Of a stretch of 64,000 nucleotides of DNA, positions 1 through 13,775 are shown piece after piece (position 1 is the stretch's first letter; each line of letters starts with the position of its first letter). A program made the position numbers and the translations under genes. The DNA is taken from the NCBI GenBank assembly GCA_039545335.1, contig BCIN01000007.1, positions 1,294,530-1,358,529 of the forward strand, written 5' to 3'. The DNA is from Kondoa subrosea (Eukaryota). Under the pieces are notes generated by a model, which saw only the letters and a program-made list of their open reading frames with translations, searched no databases and had not been told where the DNA came from.

Positions 1-1498
1 TGGCTGGTAAAGCAGGTTGAACGAGAACTGGACAAGTCCGCTTTAAGAAAGTATACAAAGATGAGAAATGAGAGAAGCGGCGTTGAACTTGGTACGTTTC
101 TTGTTCATCTGGATTGTCAGTTGAAGTCCAAGTGGAGGTGACAGTAAAAGAGATATACTCAGATGAACGAGATAGTGGATCGGTGCTTGCTTTAGTCGGT
201 TTATGCACTGATACGCTACGGATCTCGGCAGGAAAAGACCAGGAAGGTTCGTTCTGGCAACAATGATTCAGGGCAAAATCATAGCAGTAAAACTTCACTC
301 ACATCAATCTCGTACATCTTTGTATGAAATTTTTCACTGTACTCTGATGATGGGTTTCGACCCAGTACGAACTCTTCGGCTCCTGAAGCCATCCATCCAT
401 TTAAGGCTCTAGATTTCCCTTTTAGACTTCCCTTGATCTGATCTGACAAGTTCTTCTTGGCCAATTGCCTTTTCTCTTCTGCTGATAATATATTCTCCAG
501 TGAAGGCGATCTCGATAATGGCCGAGGAAAAGAAGGTGGAACAGGTTGTAAATTTGGTAGGTGTTCACCAGCAAGAGGTGGTTCTTCTTGTGCTTCTGCT
601 CGAGTGAGAACGGGATGACCGGAAGACGAAGATGAGGAAATAGGCAAGCCTGAATCTGCCGCTGCTGCGATTCTGCCAAAGTAGGATTTGAAGCGCGATG
701 CATCGGATTGAACCTTTTCTACTGCTTCTTCTTCTTGCTGATGATCAGCTATGGGCTGAAATGTTGTTACTCTGGGAGGAGAGGCTGAAGCTGAAGAATT
801 CTGACGAGTAAGAAGGACAGGAATGGATGCTTCTTTGCTGAGCGACGTTGTCCTGCTGTCTATTCGTGCTGGATCTTGTTTCTGAAGTGGGGAGAGTTGT
901 GGGGACGATGTTATGCTATTATCTTCTGGTACCGTATCGGAAGATATCCTCTTCCTAGAGCTCGTTGATTCTCCAGCTTGCGAAGTTGATCCTGCTCCAG
1001 CAGTGGACGTGTTCGACGCAACATCGGCATTTGACTGGTCTGATTTCTCTTCGGTGTTGAGAGAAGCAGAAATGCCAGACTCGCTTGTGGTATTCAAAGG
1101 CATAGGTGAAATTGCGCGAAGACCGTCTTCTGCCGGTTGTTCAAGAGGTAACAGCATAGGTGTACTAGTAGATGGAGTCAATAGAGAAGAAATAGGCCGA
1201 TGTTCTTCTTCTTCTGGCTCTACATATGGCATCCAAAAGCGCCGTGGGATCAACCCTTCTTTGGCATCTTCACCATGAGCGAGCACTATCCCAATGGACC
1301 AACCGCTTGAGGCATCTTCTACCCAAATCTCGAGCAAGTCGCCTATTCAAATTAGTTCGAGAACCAGTACATCGCCAAGTGAGATTCACCTTTGCTGAAA
1401 GTCAGCTCTTCTCCCTCGCCTTGAAAAGAGTGAATAGCTATAGCTGGTTGTGGGTCAATCGTTTGCTCGTACAGAGATGCTTCTGCGCTGTGTGCCAT
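1..1498 (-). CDS. SH3-PX sorting nexin (SNX9/18/33-like), multi-exon, runs off left edge
   Basis: ATG at 1498 gives MAHSAEASLYEQTIDPQPAIAIHSFQGEGEELTFSKG|intron|DLLEIWVEDASSGWSIG...EGLIP (SH3). A long S/P-rich linker follows, then a PX-like segment near 1-160 (YISFTVTS...VQRRFSHFSSLYTFL...PALP). Confidence 0.8.
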
Positions 1499-2621
1499 GT
1501 CGTAGTCTGATACAGATCCGCTAGTACTAGGTCCTCTTCGCGGTAGGAAGAGACGAATCTGCTAAGAATACAACGAGAGATGATGATGAGGCAGAGAGTG
1601 ATGCAGGTATAGGCTTCGAAAGAAGGAAGGAAAGGAGACCAGCTAATGTCAACAATTAAATGGGTGCGAACGGACAAGTTATCGTCCCAGGCTGTGGTAT
1701 ACCAATGTAAAGTTCCTCGTATGGTATCAATGCTCAAATGCAACAGCTAGGAAGGGTATCGCTCATGGTTCATGGTCAAACCCTTACGATGACCTGCAAC
1801 ATTCGCCTCTCTGCTCGATCTGCAAAGTTCGGAGACTGGTTGCTTGCTACGCGCTTGCCATGAACTGGACTACGATTTGAGCCAATGTCTCGAATCCCCA
1901 GACTGCAGATGTTTCAGATAATCAGCTTCAATAAGCCTCTCGGTGTGTCTATGGCAGCTAGAGGCGAAATGTGCGGCACCTCATCAAGTATGGCCACTGT
2001 TTGGCAACCATGCCTTGCTGAATATGACCGTTATCGCACAATCGGGGCTTATCTGGGCATTCAACCTTTTGGCTATTCTGGCATGCTGCACCTTCGCTAC
2101 CACGGAGCTCTTACTGTCGCTGATCCTATCACAAGTGTTTGCTTATTCCCAAGCCAAATCGCTTTAATCTGCACGGCACCCAATTTGCTCCAGTGGGATT
2201 GATCAAACTGCTTTACCTCTGGCTGAGCGACAGCCTTCACGTATCCTAAAGTCATCTCCAATGGCTCTCGCGCCCTAATAGCCTACTTCTTTCTTGCCTT
2301 TCCGCTGTCCGAATCTTCTCCGAGATTTTGCCTCTCCGTAGTCATGCTGTCATTACACTTGTGCTCTAGCTGCTTTATCTCACTGACCATGCAAAAAGTG
2401 CTCCCGCCAAATACCGAGCTTTACCCAAGCGGAAATAAGCGATCTGCATGTCTAAAAAGCCCTTATTCGTCGGCAGCTGATCAATCTTTTGATCGGATGT
2501 GCCTTGGCAAAAAAATTCCTTTACAAAGTGATGACGAGTATTGCTAGCGGCCGGTGCTTACACGCCGACTACCACCTTCCTTAAACCGTTCATTCTTTCA
2601 GAGCTGCGAATAACCCTCAAG

Positions 2622-3718
2622 ATGCGCTCTCGGTCAATCGTCGGACTGGTCGCTTTGGCCGTCATAGCACTTCCGTTACTATTATGCTATCACATTCGCG
2701 ACCTTTCGGAGATGGCAGTCACCTATAGTTCCTTCTATCCTTTCCTTAAATCTCACCCGCAAACATTATTCCGAATTCAAGCATCATCGAATCAAGAGGA
2801 GCAACCGCGGCAGTATACCAAAAATTCTCGTCTAGTTCCTCAAATAATACATCAAATCTTCCTTACTGAAGGTCGACCAAGCAAACTCGCCAAGTATGAA
2901 CCAGCAATCGAGAGCTGCCGGGCAATGCACAGCAATTGGACTCACATCTTATGGACCGATGAAGCTGCCAATGCCTTCATAAGCGAACATTATCCGCACA
3001 TCTTCCCACATTATCAAAGTTACCGCCAAAGCATTCAACGAGCAAACGTTCTCCGCTACGCTTTATTAGAGCATTATGGAGGAGTTTACTTGGATGTGGA
3101 CATCACTTGCGAAAGACCATTGGATGAATATCGTCATCTGCCTTTCCTCTCTCCTGCAGCTTACCCCGCTGGTGTCAACAACGCTTTCATTCTCGCAAAA
3201 CCTCATCATGGTTTCTTACAACATCTTCTGGCTGCGGTACCTAGCAGGGACCTATTCTGGGGAGCTCCTTACATAGAAAATATGCTCAGCACAGGTTTGT
3301 CATTCACGGGCCGAATGAATTCCGTTTCCTTACTAATCATATGACTTGATTAGGATGCATGTTTTTCTCGAATAGATGGATGAGCTATGTACGAAGAGAT
3401 ACTTCAGTAGGACCCGACGCAGTCTACGTTCTCTCCGACGAGCAAGGGTCACTGGATTCGCATATGTTAAGAGGAGAAGTAACGACTCCGCTCTTTCATC
3501 ATGGCGGAGCAAGCAGTTGGCACGGGTGGGATGCAGCAGCTATTGTTCTAATCGGCAAACATTACATCATCTTCTTGCTTCTGCTCTCAACTTCCTTCTT
3601 GCTGAGCGCCTACGGGATATGGAGGTTGGTGCAAAGGAGTAGAAGTGGACAAATATGGATCGAAACGCCAGACAAGGAGAAGGATGAAGAGTCATTGATG
3701 AGTGAGAAATATGTCTGA
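2622..3718 (+). CDS. Glycosyltransferase family 32 (Sur1/Csg1-like mannosyltransferase), 2 exons
   Basis: N-terminal TM; VPQIIHQIF, IQRANVLRYALLEHYGGVYLDVD (DxD), NAFILAKPHHGF, STG|CMFFS, GASSWH motifs; C-terminal TM; intron about 3295-3353. Confidence 0.9.
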
Positions 3719-4049
3719 ACGACGCAAAGGCAACTAGAAGTGTGTTCTATACTTTCAATTTCACACCGAATTTCGCTGACCTTTTCTAGTCAACAGTCTT
3801 GTTGCGACACGGCTCTATTCACCTACAACTTCCATACACCTTTATTTGTACAGTAATATCACTACCCTTATTCAGTAGAATCACCGTAATCAAATGATGT
3901 CTAACAAGAGTGTAAATATTTGTAAATCGTCGTTCAGCAAATTAGACTTAGAAAATGTAATGAATATGCAAATCGAACAGCTCATTGAGCTAATTAGTCA
4001 TACTAGCTGTACAAAGCTTCCTCTCCGCAAAATTACTTGTCTAACATCA

Positions 4050-5811
4050 TTAAAAGGTAAAACCCGCAAACTGCTTCGCATGATCTTCAGTCTGCTCAAT
4101 CCTAGGTGTTCGATCATCTTCCTCAAACCCTCTTCTCCCTTGTCTCTCTTCACCCTCCGAGTGGTAGGCCGATCTGGACCTTGTAGGCGATTCACTACTG
4201 CTGAAAGAATCATCTGTTGCTTTCCGCTGTCGACGGGGAGAAGGTTGCCATGCATATGCAGAAAGATTAGAAGCCACACTGTCTCTTGTCTTCCTCGAAC
4301 TGTCATTGGTCATAATTGAAGGCGGTCTGACTTGAGCTGATCCAGGTAAGGAAAGGAAAGATGTTTCAGGTGAAGCTGTCGCCGATCTGGGTTTAGTTGA
4401 TCGAGAAGCGAAAGAACTGTGCGAGACTGGTCGTCGTAATGTATTGCTGAAGGCATCCTTTTTAGGTGCAGCCGGCGTCATAAACATTGATTCGATCAAT
4501 TGTTCGGAAGTCTGACTGGAGTGATGACCTCCCAGACTACCGTAAGCGTGGGCAGGAGAGGCAGAAAGTGTACCGCGCTGTCAATTATCACTTCAATAAG
4601 CGAACTAATATCGCAATTGGACCAAATCACTGACCTCTCGCAAACGAGGAGCTCTTGCTTGCAAAGAATGCATAGATGATGCCGAGCTTGAGACTGGCGA
4701 GCCATTACTAGACCCGCGCTTGCCGTCTATTACACCGGTCAATCTCGAACAATTCCAGTGCCATCAGAGACGGCTCACTATTCTTTTCAGGAGAAACACC
4801 TTCCTCGCCAGGTCTGTCGAGTACCAGATCAGCATACTTCTCATCCAAATAGGAGCATCGAACTGACAATCGGTAATTGCTTTCTCCACCAATCCATTCC
4901 AACTCAATACCCATTCTAAGCAACGCATTCGTCTTTCCATCCCTCAATAGAAATCGTTTCGGTTTCTTTTCTTTTTCCTTTCCTTTCCCGTTCGTATTCC
5001 CATTGATTGTAGTTGTACCAGTAACTTTAGGTGCATAAGAACTTAAATCCAATAAAACGTAACCTAATCTTTTCTCTGCTTTTTGTTCAGTATCTGTGTT
5101 ATGAGATTGTCTGATTGAAATTTTCAAATCCGATTGTTCTAGATTGTTGGTGTGAGATAAAGGAATAGAAATGGAGCAAGTAATAGTTTGATTGAATTTG
5201 ACTGTGAAATCTTTAATGTGTTTAGGTGAAGTTCGACCTGATGGTTGTGGATGATTAGGTGGTGGTTCTAATGGCGTGTGAGGAGGTGGTTGACTCGGTT
5301 TTGTGCTGTCGCTGGAACTTTGGGAATGAACTGTTTGAGGTGGACGAGTGAGAGTAAATTCTCTCGAATGATGAGGTCGAGTAGGCGATGGTTGTTGTTG
5401 TTGTGGGCGTTGAAAATCAAATGATTGTTGAATCGAACCTGAAACGACAGAATCTGAATCGTTTGAAGGGGCTTCTGAAGAAAAAGTCGAAGATTGGGAG
5501 GATTTGTGGGAATGTAATTTGGCGTAATTTGTGATAGCTTGCATTGGATGATGTAAGATATCAGAACGTGAATCCGAGGAAAGCAAACTGGATCCTTCAC
5601 TCTCGCTACTCAGGAGAGTTGGTGTTGCAGATTTGGATGCTTGAGCTCTGGTTACTTCAGCATGATGAGCTGAGATAGAGTTTGAAAAACGCCATTTGAG
5701 TGAAAAGACGCCAGAGACGAAGGGAACATTAACGACATCATGAATTGTCAAGCGAACATCGAAGCTGGCATGCTTCTTTCGGGGTTGCAGAGCGCGCTTC
5801 AAGTCGTCCAT
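4050..5811 (-). CDS. NT-C2 (EEIG1/EHBP1 N-terminal C2) domain protein, multi-exon
   Basis: FDVRLTIHDVVNVPFVSGVFSLKWRF ... LGYVLLDLSSYA ... RFLLRDGKTNALLRMGIEL, with a low-complexity insert; C-terminal exon contains IESMF. Confidence 0.8.
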
Positions 5812-6351
5812 CTTTCGTCTCTTCTATGGTAGTCACGAATTGACAGGCATTCCTGATAGCTGAGCTGTGTAATAGCAAGGCCGAACGGGAGAATCAGCAA
5901 TGTTTCCATGGCGGCCGACGAGCGAGCGATGTTGACATCAACGCAACGCGTTATGAGCAAAGCAGCTCAACGTAGCAATGATCGTAAGAAACAAACAAAG
6001 CTTCGAAGAGCGGAGTGCATCGAGTAATTAAAATTCACCTTATTGAGCTTTTGTTCGGTGAACAGGAGATCCAAGGCGGGAACTGGCAGTGTAGGGGCAG
6101 GATGATATACCGACGTGTAATGGTAACAGAACTGGCCAGTGCTGACCGAGAACACACCGCAAAGTGACAAATCAGTGAATCATCCAGTGAGGCGTCGTCA
6201 TATTCATCACCGAGTCGTCGTCAACCTCCTCATTTCGATCACGGGCGACGAAAGCATTGTTTGGTGTTCTCCTCGTTCAACAGCAGCGCTTTCATATATA
6301 CCTGACTCGGTACACACTTGCCCTCTGGTTGCTGTGCATGATATCCTCGCA

Positions 6352-8891
6352 ATGTCTATAAGCCTGGATCCTACCTCACGCGCTTCCTTTGACCGAGACT
6401 TGCCTTCCGCTCCAAGCAATGGCTACTATTCACCAGACTCCGCACCAATAGCTCCACCTCCTTTCAACCCATCCTACTCATTTGGGAAAGCTAGCACCCA
6501 TAACAATAACAATAACGTCGAACATTTGGATGAACAGATGGAAGAGCCTGTGCCCGTTGGATTTGATGAAGCTGTACTAAGGCATTTGTGTGATATAGAT
6601 GTGCGTTCATCTCCGCAAGTACACATTCACATTTGAACGAAACGAAACAGTGTGGATTACCTCTCTTGCTCGAAAGGCTGAAACAAAGCACAACATCATG
6701 TAGAGTTAGTCTCTCTGTTGAACATATAAGCAGCTACTAATGAACGGAATAGGAAGCAAGCAACTTCTTTAGGAAACGAGCTCAAATAGAAGAAGATTAC
6801 GCTCGAGCCAACATCAAACTTGCACGAACGAGTTTAGACAATTACAGAGAATCAGATGGTCGAGCAGGGTTAGTGCTATATTGACTAAATGACCTTCCGC
6901 AATGAATCGATCGTATGACCTAACAGGACTTTCGTTACTTCTTATTCTGCGCTACTTCGAACTCATGAATTAGTCGGCGACAATCATCTACGCTTCGCTA
7001 ACCAACTGATAGAAACAGCTGATCAATTATCAGACCTTTGCAAAGAGACTGAGCGGACTCGAAAGAATGGAAAAGATGTTGGTACAAGGTTAGAGAAAGC
7101 TTTAGGTGAAGCGGAAAGCAATATGGATAAATCTCGACAACGTTATGAATCAGCAGCTGAAGAATTGGAAAGATGTGTTTTGCAAAAAGCGGGAGAGAAA
7201 GATCCTACTTTGTATCATCAAGCAACAACCAATTCTTTCAATCCTTCTGTTTCTTCTGCTTCTTCAGCTGGCAGTAAACGAACATTCGGAAAAGCTATGT
7301 CTAAACTAAAGAGCACTTCAAAAGGTTTCGGAGGAAGCAATAAACCTGAAGATGAACTACGAGCCAAAGTAGCCTACACGAGCGAAGCCTATAGGAAAGA
7401 AGTTTCAGCTTGTCAAGCTGTTAGAAGAGAACATTGGGTTGTCGGTCTACCTCGAGTGCTCCGCGGGTTGAAAGAAGGAACAGATGAAGTGGACCTTGGT
7501 ACTCAATATCACTTAAGGCGATATGCCTATCTCTTCGAAAATGTACTCGTCAGCAATGGAGTAACAGTCTCTCCGCCAACAAACTCGTCATCTGGAGGAT
7601 TGGAAGAAAGTCCAGGGTTGAAATTGATAGTTGAAGCGATTGACAATCGAGAAGATTTCAAAGACTTTATGCAGAACTATTCTGTTGCTTGGCTGCAATC
7701 TCCACAAGCTCAAGCAAGAGGCCCATCTATTCGAGGTGAAGGTATGCTCAACGAAGAAGGTTATGTAGCAGTTCAATCACCTAAAGTGGAATCACCAAGA
7801 ATGTCTACTTCTTCTACTATTGGCAACCTACATCAACTCTCCTCTCAATCTTCTACTTATTTCCCTACGCAACAATCCAATTCTCAAGCTCAGGGCGCTT
7901 CACCGGATTCGAGAGCTTCCCTCAGCTTACCCGTCGCCTCAACATCGAAAGCTATATTTGGTGTAGATCTGGGAGAGCAGGTCGCCAGAGATGACGTTGA
8001 TGTGCCGTTGGTGGTTGAAAAGTGCACAGCGGTAATAGAAGAGCATGGTCCGTTAAATTAGGAGAGGTTCAGTATCGTGCTGATGATCTCTTCCACATCG
8101 CGGACAGGTCTCGATGTGACCGGCATATATCGTCTATCTGGGACAACGTCAAAAGTACAGAAACTCAAAGCAAGACTGGATCAAGGTGAGTCAATTTACC
8201 TTAGCCAAATTTACGCCTGCCAAAGAACTCTGTTACAGACGTCGAGAACATTGATCTGAATACAGAAGAATTCCTTTCGGATATCAACGATATATCAAGC
8301 GTTCTCAAACTATATTTCCGAGAACTACCAATACCGCTAATGACCTTCGATCTCTATTCTGGCTTTCTCGCTGCAGCGCGTATGTCTACTGTTTCCATCA
8401 GCAAAGAGCTTCCGCTAAAATGGATATAGGCATCGAGAATGATAGGCTGCGGCATATAAGGCTACACGAGCGCGTCAATGAGTTACCAGATGCGAATTAT
8501 GCTACTCTAAAACTTCTTATGGGTCACTTACACAAGTCTGTTGCATGCTCTGTTTGTGTGAGACGTCTGCTCAGATGTTCAATTGCTTGCAGGGTACAAG
8601 ATAAGAGCTCAATCAATTCTATGTCAGCCTCAAATATAGGTACGTTCATCTGATTTAACGCTCTTCCGTGTTTGACCGTTCAACGTTTTAGCGATCGTTT
8701 TCGGTCCAACACTATTCAGAGTACCGCCTGGCGCTGAAGGATCTGCGTTGCAAGACATGCAATGGCAATGCAAAGCGATAGAAACGATTTTACTGCATTA
8801 TGAAGCGTGAGTATAATTTTGCTGTTCGTTTCCGTTCGGAGTTGATTGGTTGCTCTGCAGTATCTTTGTCTCTTCTGAAGATGAAGGGTAG
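6352..8891 (+). CDS. RGD1: F-BAR + RhoGAP protein (Rgd1/Rga7-like), multi-exon
   Basis: [33 protein letters not shown] (FCH/F-BAR); [62 protein letters not shown] (RhoGAP). Confidence 0.9.
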
Positions 8892-9084
8892 AGTTGTATT
8901 CAGTGAAAGAAGAGGGCTTGGCACGAGTGAGAGATGCAGTCGAGGAAGGGTATCTGTGTAAAGACTTTGTACCATCAGACAGGCGCTGAGACGAAGGAGT
9001 TGTATTGGCATGCATTCACGTTGAGACATATCATAATGCTATATTTACGGAGACTGATGTACAAACATGACCCGACCCATCTCA

Positions 9085-10131
9085 TCAATACTTGATAACA
9101 GTACCATCTGGAAGTCGAGTTGGACTGATACGAGAAGGTTCTCCGATGGAGGTTCTGACTTCACTTGAGGGAGCTTTCGCAGATGTCGAGTTGCACGGAG
9201 TAGAATGAGTGCGAAATGTAAAGCTGGGTGCTTTGTAGCGTACTTCATTCTCCTTGAGTGAACTAACAGGTCCTCGGACAATAGTGGTGGAAGAAGATTT
9301 GCGATAACCGGAAAGGTAGGCATTCACATCGTTAACGCCTGTACAACATAACGATCAGATTATATATTAAGGTAGCGTGCAAAACAAAGAGAACCTACTG
9401 AGCTCGTAGAAGTTGGTGCCTTCACAATCTTCAATCTCCAATCTCTTCAAAGCAGCCCAATTTCCAACTTTGCCCCCCTCGAAAATTACGCGAAAGATTC
9501 CACCCATCGAGTCCCACTCCTGAACATTTCCACAATTCCCTATTTGGTCCGCGACCTTCTCCTTGTCCGTATCTAATTCGACCATTCCATCTGGGCCAGG
9601 TTTGGTTACGAAAGGTGTTCGGTTTGGGACCGACAGGTGAAGAGAGTTGTGCTTAGAGCTAGAGCTGAGGAAGAAGACGTAAATATGAGCTAACTCATGT
9701 GCGAGAGTAGTGAGAATGAGGACAGCCAGCAATGGACAGAGCGGTGTGGCGTTTTCAGATGAGCGTTGAAAAGCTTGTAATAGAGATTCAGAAATGTGAA
9801 TAATAGCTAGTACGTCGCCGGAGTTAGGCCAAGATGTCCATGCATAGTCTCCCTTTCCCATATACTGAGCCTGAATCGTTGGTAAATGACCAGCTAGAAA
9901 GCGATCGAAATTGGAATTGAAGGATTGAAGAGTTACAGGGGTAATCGTTTCCTTAGAGGGGGTTGCAGCAGTAGCGAGAAATACGCGCAAGAAGGACCGA
10001 CGAAGATGTTCATCCCTGTCCAGTGCTTGACGGAACAGTAGGGTCAGGTTATTGACATAATCAGGTTGGCCGGTAAGAGGACTGCAGACGAAGGATTCAA
10101 GATACGTGAATTTAGATGTACTAGTAGTCAT
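9085..10131 (-). CDS. Hypothetical protein with HEXXH motif (putative zincin-like)
   Basis: ORF from MTTSTSKF with ILTTLAHELAH..TP..GNCG..E...GG; probable intron about 9340-9395 joins it to the 9085-9327 exon. Confidence 0.6.
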
Positions 10132-10508
10132 TGTCGGTGTAAAAGGATTGCGAAAGTTTGCACCTCGCTTGCGGAGATGGCGGTTGGAACGAATGTTAGC
10201 AAGAGGCACAGGGATTAATCGATGTTGGTCAGAACGGAAACGAAAACAAAGGGAAGTCAAGAAATAGATCATATGCCTGAAGAGTCATCAGAAAGGCAGA
10301 GTAAGTCCCTTGCACGGAAAGAATATGGCGGCGACAAGGTAAGAATCGACACAATTCAATCGCATGCTGTGCTTGTCGACAAACGGCGGATAATATCCTC
10401 ACGAAAGCTGCCCTGGCGCATACCACAGCTTGAGGCATACCTCTGCAAAGATATCCGTAGACTTGAGACGAGACGGCAGAGTTAAGGCTTCCAAGAAAGA
10501 GATAAATC

Positions 10509-13500
10509 ATGTCTTTTGGCGGTTTCGGTAGTTTCGGTACCAAACCTGCTGCACCTGCTTTCGGGGCCAGTACATCAGGCGGCCTCTTTGGAGCATCAAC
10601 GTCAAGTTAGTCTCAGGATTCGGAGGAGTAGAATAAGTTAACGTTCGAAACAGCACCTGCTTTTGGCCAGCCTCAACAGCAGCCTACAGCCTTTGGGCAA
10701 CCTCAGCAACAGTCTGCCTTTGGATCTACGCGTGAGCTCACAAGTAAAGCAAGACTACAAGTACTGTACTGATATGTAATGCGACGAACAGCTGCATTTG
10801 GAGGTGGAGGTGCTTTCGGTTCTTCCTTTGGCTCATCTGCTGCTACTCCTGCATTTGGCGCACAACCAGCAGCGCCATCAGCTTTCGGTCAACCAGCCAC
10901 AAACGCCTTTGGTTCTTCATCAGGCACATTTTCTTTCGGTTGTCAGTTGTATCGTCGAACGGCTTCCTGCGTCTACTAACGTGCATGTCTGCAATGACAG
11001 CTAAGCCAGCGTTTGGCGCATCCAACACAAGCTTCGGGTCAACTTCTGGAGGATTGTTTGGCAGCACACCGAAAGCCTTCGAAGATCGTAAGTGAATTCA
11101 AAATATCGAATACTAGCTATTTATCGTGTTTTGTAGCACCAACGGACAGCAATGAGAGTATTCCGATACCCACGAATGGTACAACTGTGCCGTTCAAGCC
11201 GCAACAACGGAAAGAGGGTCTCAAAGATGATAAAGCATTAGAACCTCGCAAGGACAATATACACACATGGCAAAATATCGTTTCGCAAAGAGATTACTGG
11301 AATGTATCGCCAGAGGTGACTATCATTACTTCTTATTCCAGACCTACACTAAGAATCCGTGATAGGAACTCCGCTGGCAAGACTATCAACAGAATCGCAA
11401 GACTCCATCTGCAACTCCCGCTCCAGCTGCATCTGGAGGCTTTTCTTTCGGGGCTCAACCTCAGCAACCAGCTGCAAATGCTTTCGGCGCACCAGCTACA
11501 CCAGCATTCGGACAGCAACCGACTACATCTCTTTTCGGATCCTCTACTACCCCTGCTTCGACTGGATTGTTTGGAGCTCCCAAACCTGCTTCACCCTTTG
11601 GCGCGACAAGCACGCCTGCTTTTGGTGCTCAAACATCAACTCCTGCTTTCAGTTTCGGTCAACCTGCTGCAGCTCCGACAAACGCATTTGGAAGCACTCC
11701 AGCATTTGGTCAACAGACATCTCAACCTTCGACGGGGTTGTTTGGCCAAACTAGCGCTCCAGCACCCACAACGAGTTTGTTTGGACAGCCTGCTCAACCT
11801 GCTACTTCTACACCTGCTTTTGGCGGATTCGGCACAACTCCTGCTGCTCCTAAGCCGGGTGGCTTTAGTTTTGGTGCAACACCTACTTCAACTCCTGCTT
11901 CCACTTTTGGCGCGCCTGCTAGTACTGGTTTTTCATTCGGTAGTGAGCAATCAATCGCAAGCTTTTAGATAATAGCTTATACTGTATACCAGCTCCCGCT
12001 AGTACCTCACAACCCACAACCGGTCTATTTGGCGCTCAACCAGCTACATCCACACCTTTCGGTCAAGCGGCACCTGCAGCACAACCAGCGCCATTCGGAT
12101 CAACAGGCAGTATCTTTGGATCAGGAGGTGCAAGTAAACCACTCTTTGGAGCTGCACCAACCAGTACACCGGCATTCGGTTCTTCTGCTCCCGCACCTGC
12201 AGCACCTTTCAGCTTCGGCGCCAAACCCGCAACAACTGCTCCCACAACTAGTTTGTTCGGCGGTTTCGGTCAATCTCAACCTGCTCAACCTGCAAACAAT
12301 GCTCTGGGAGGGTCGACTTTCTCTTTTGGTGGAAGTACAACTGGAGGAACTGGCTTATTCGGTTCACTGGGCCAGTCACAACAACAACAGCAACCTGGTT
12401 TAGGTCAATCTATGCCTCCTCCTCCTCCTACAACCGATACACCATACGGAAACAACCCACTTTTCGCTTCCGCCCCTGCACCTAAAGCACCTTTTGCTAC
12501 TACAGCAGATTATGTAGCTCAAGGCAAGATCAAACCTGCTATGCATTTGCCAGGTCGGACTGGAGCTGATTCACCACGGAATCGTGGCGGACCAAAAATC
12601 ACTCATCTGAGATTCGCTCCTGGATCCAGTTTGAACGCTTCAAGTCTCAATAGACCTAGTAGTCCTTCTTCTCTGTTTGGTAGTGGAAGACAATCACCCG
12701 CCTTCAATGGTATAGGCGAAAGTGTTGCTCTGAGCCCGAATGCTTTCGCATCGAGAACAAGTGTCAAGAAACTGGTCATTGATCGAAAAGTTCACGCTTC
12801 GGATCTAAGAGATCGATCAGCTACACCAGGAGCGATCAATGGTTCTAAAGTCAGTTTCAACCCTGAATTGGAATCTGCTACTCCTTCGAGAAAAGGAGGA
12901 GCTTTCTCTTTCCCTACTCCACAATCTCGAGCTTCTTCTGTTCAACCCAATGGCTCATCAACTAGAACTTCTCCTCAAGTGCTTCAACCGATCAAGACGG
13001 ATTATATTTGTGAACCTTCGATTGAGCAATTGGGCAATTATCCACCTAATGAATTGGCTGCGGTGGAGAACTTTACAATTACTAGACCTGGTCATGGAAG
13101 TGTTCGATTCACTAAACCAGTGTATGTATTCACTTGTTGGATTTCCGCGGATCTTGGGCGCTGATTCGCTTGTTTTGTTCAGCGACCTTACGACCGTGGC
13201 TTCTTTACGGTCAATAGCTGGCGGTCTGATTGTTATTGATAATCAGCGGCTGTTCTTCTTCGAGAAAGATGAGGATGAATTACCTCCCGCAGGCGAAGGT
13301 GTAAGTCTTTTTCTGTCGCTTCTCTCGCATCTACTCCAGCTTAATGCCTTCCCTATAGCTGAACACAGAAGCAATCGTCAAACTAGAAGGAGTATGGCCA
13401 ACAGACAAATCCACTGGCAAATCAGGCAAAACGGACGACCCGAACACTTTGGACAAGTTCGCTGCTAAGCTCAAGAAGAGGACTGCTAAGATGCCTGGAG

Positions 13501-13672
13501 GCAAGTTCGTCGAGTACAGCAGGGATGGAGGAGTTTGGGTATTTAAGGTTGACCATTTCGTGAGTTCCCTTTGTCCTGCGTGTTCCGTTTCATGAGCTAA
13601 ATTGGGCTCGAGTGAGGGATCTAATGAGTACGCTACAAGTCAAGGGATGCAGCAAGCGAATCTACAGGGTAG
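10509..13672 (+). CDS. NUP98: FG/GLFG nucleoporin Nup98 (GLEBS + autopeptidase domain), no Nup96 moiety
   Basis: Many FG repeats; GLEBS-like NGTTVPF...WQNIVSQRDYWNVSPE|ELRWQDY; PYGNNPLF; SVKKLVI; autopeptidase domain YICEPSIEQL..VENFTITRPGHGSVRF..GVWVFKVDHF. The last exon is inferred. Confidence 0.9.
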
Positions 13673-13775
13673 CAAGGGATAGCATCATATTGTATTCGTA
13701 GTTAAAGCATAGTCGCATAAATCTTGAACAAATGGAAAAGTTCTCCGTAAGATACATAATATACTTCTGGATCCA

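Noticed and set aside
1885..2547. Short hydrophobic ORFs upstream of the GT32 gene
   Set aside because: No coherent exon chain or recognisable motif; may be UTR or a decayed gene.
10509..12400. Repetitive TTTGG/TTCGG pattern resembling a DNA repeat array or CRISPR
   Set aside because: Explained by the FG-repeat codons of Nup98.
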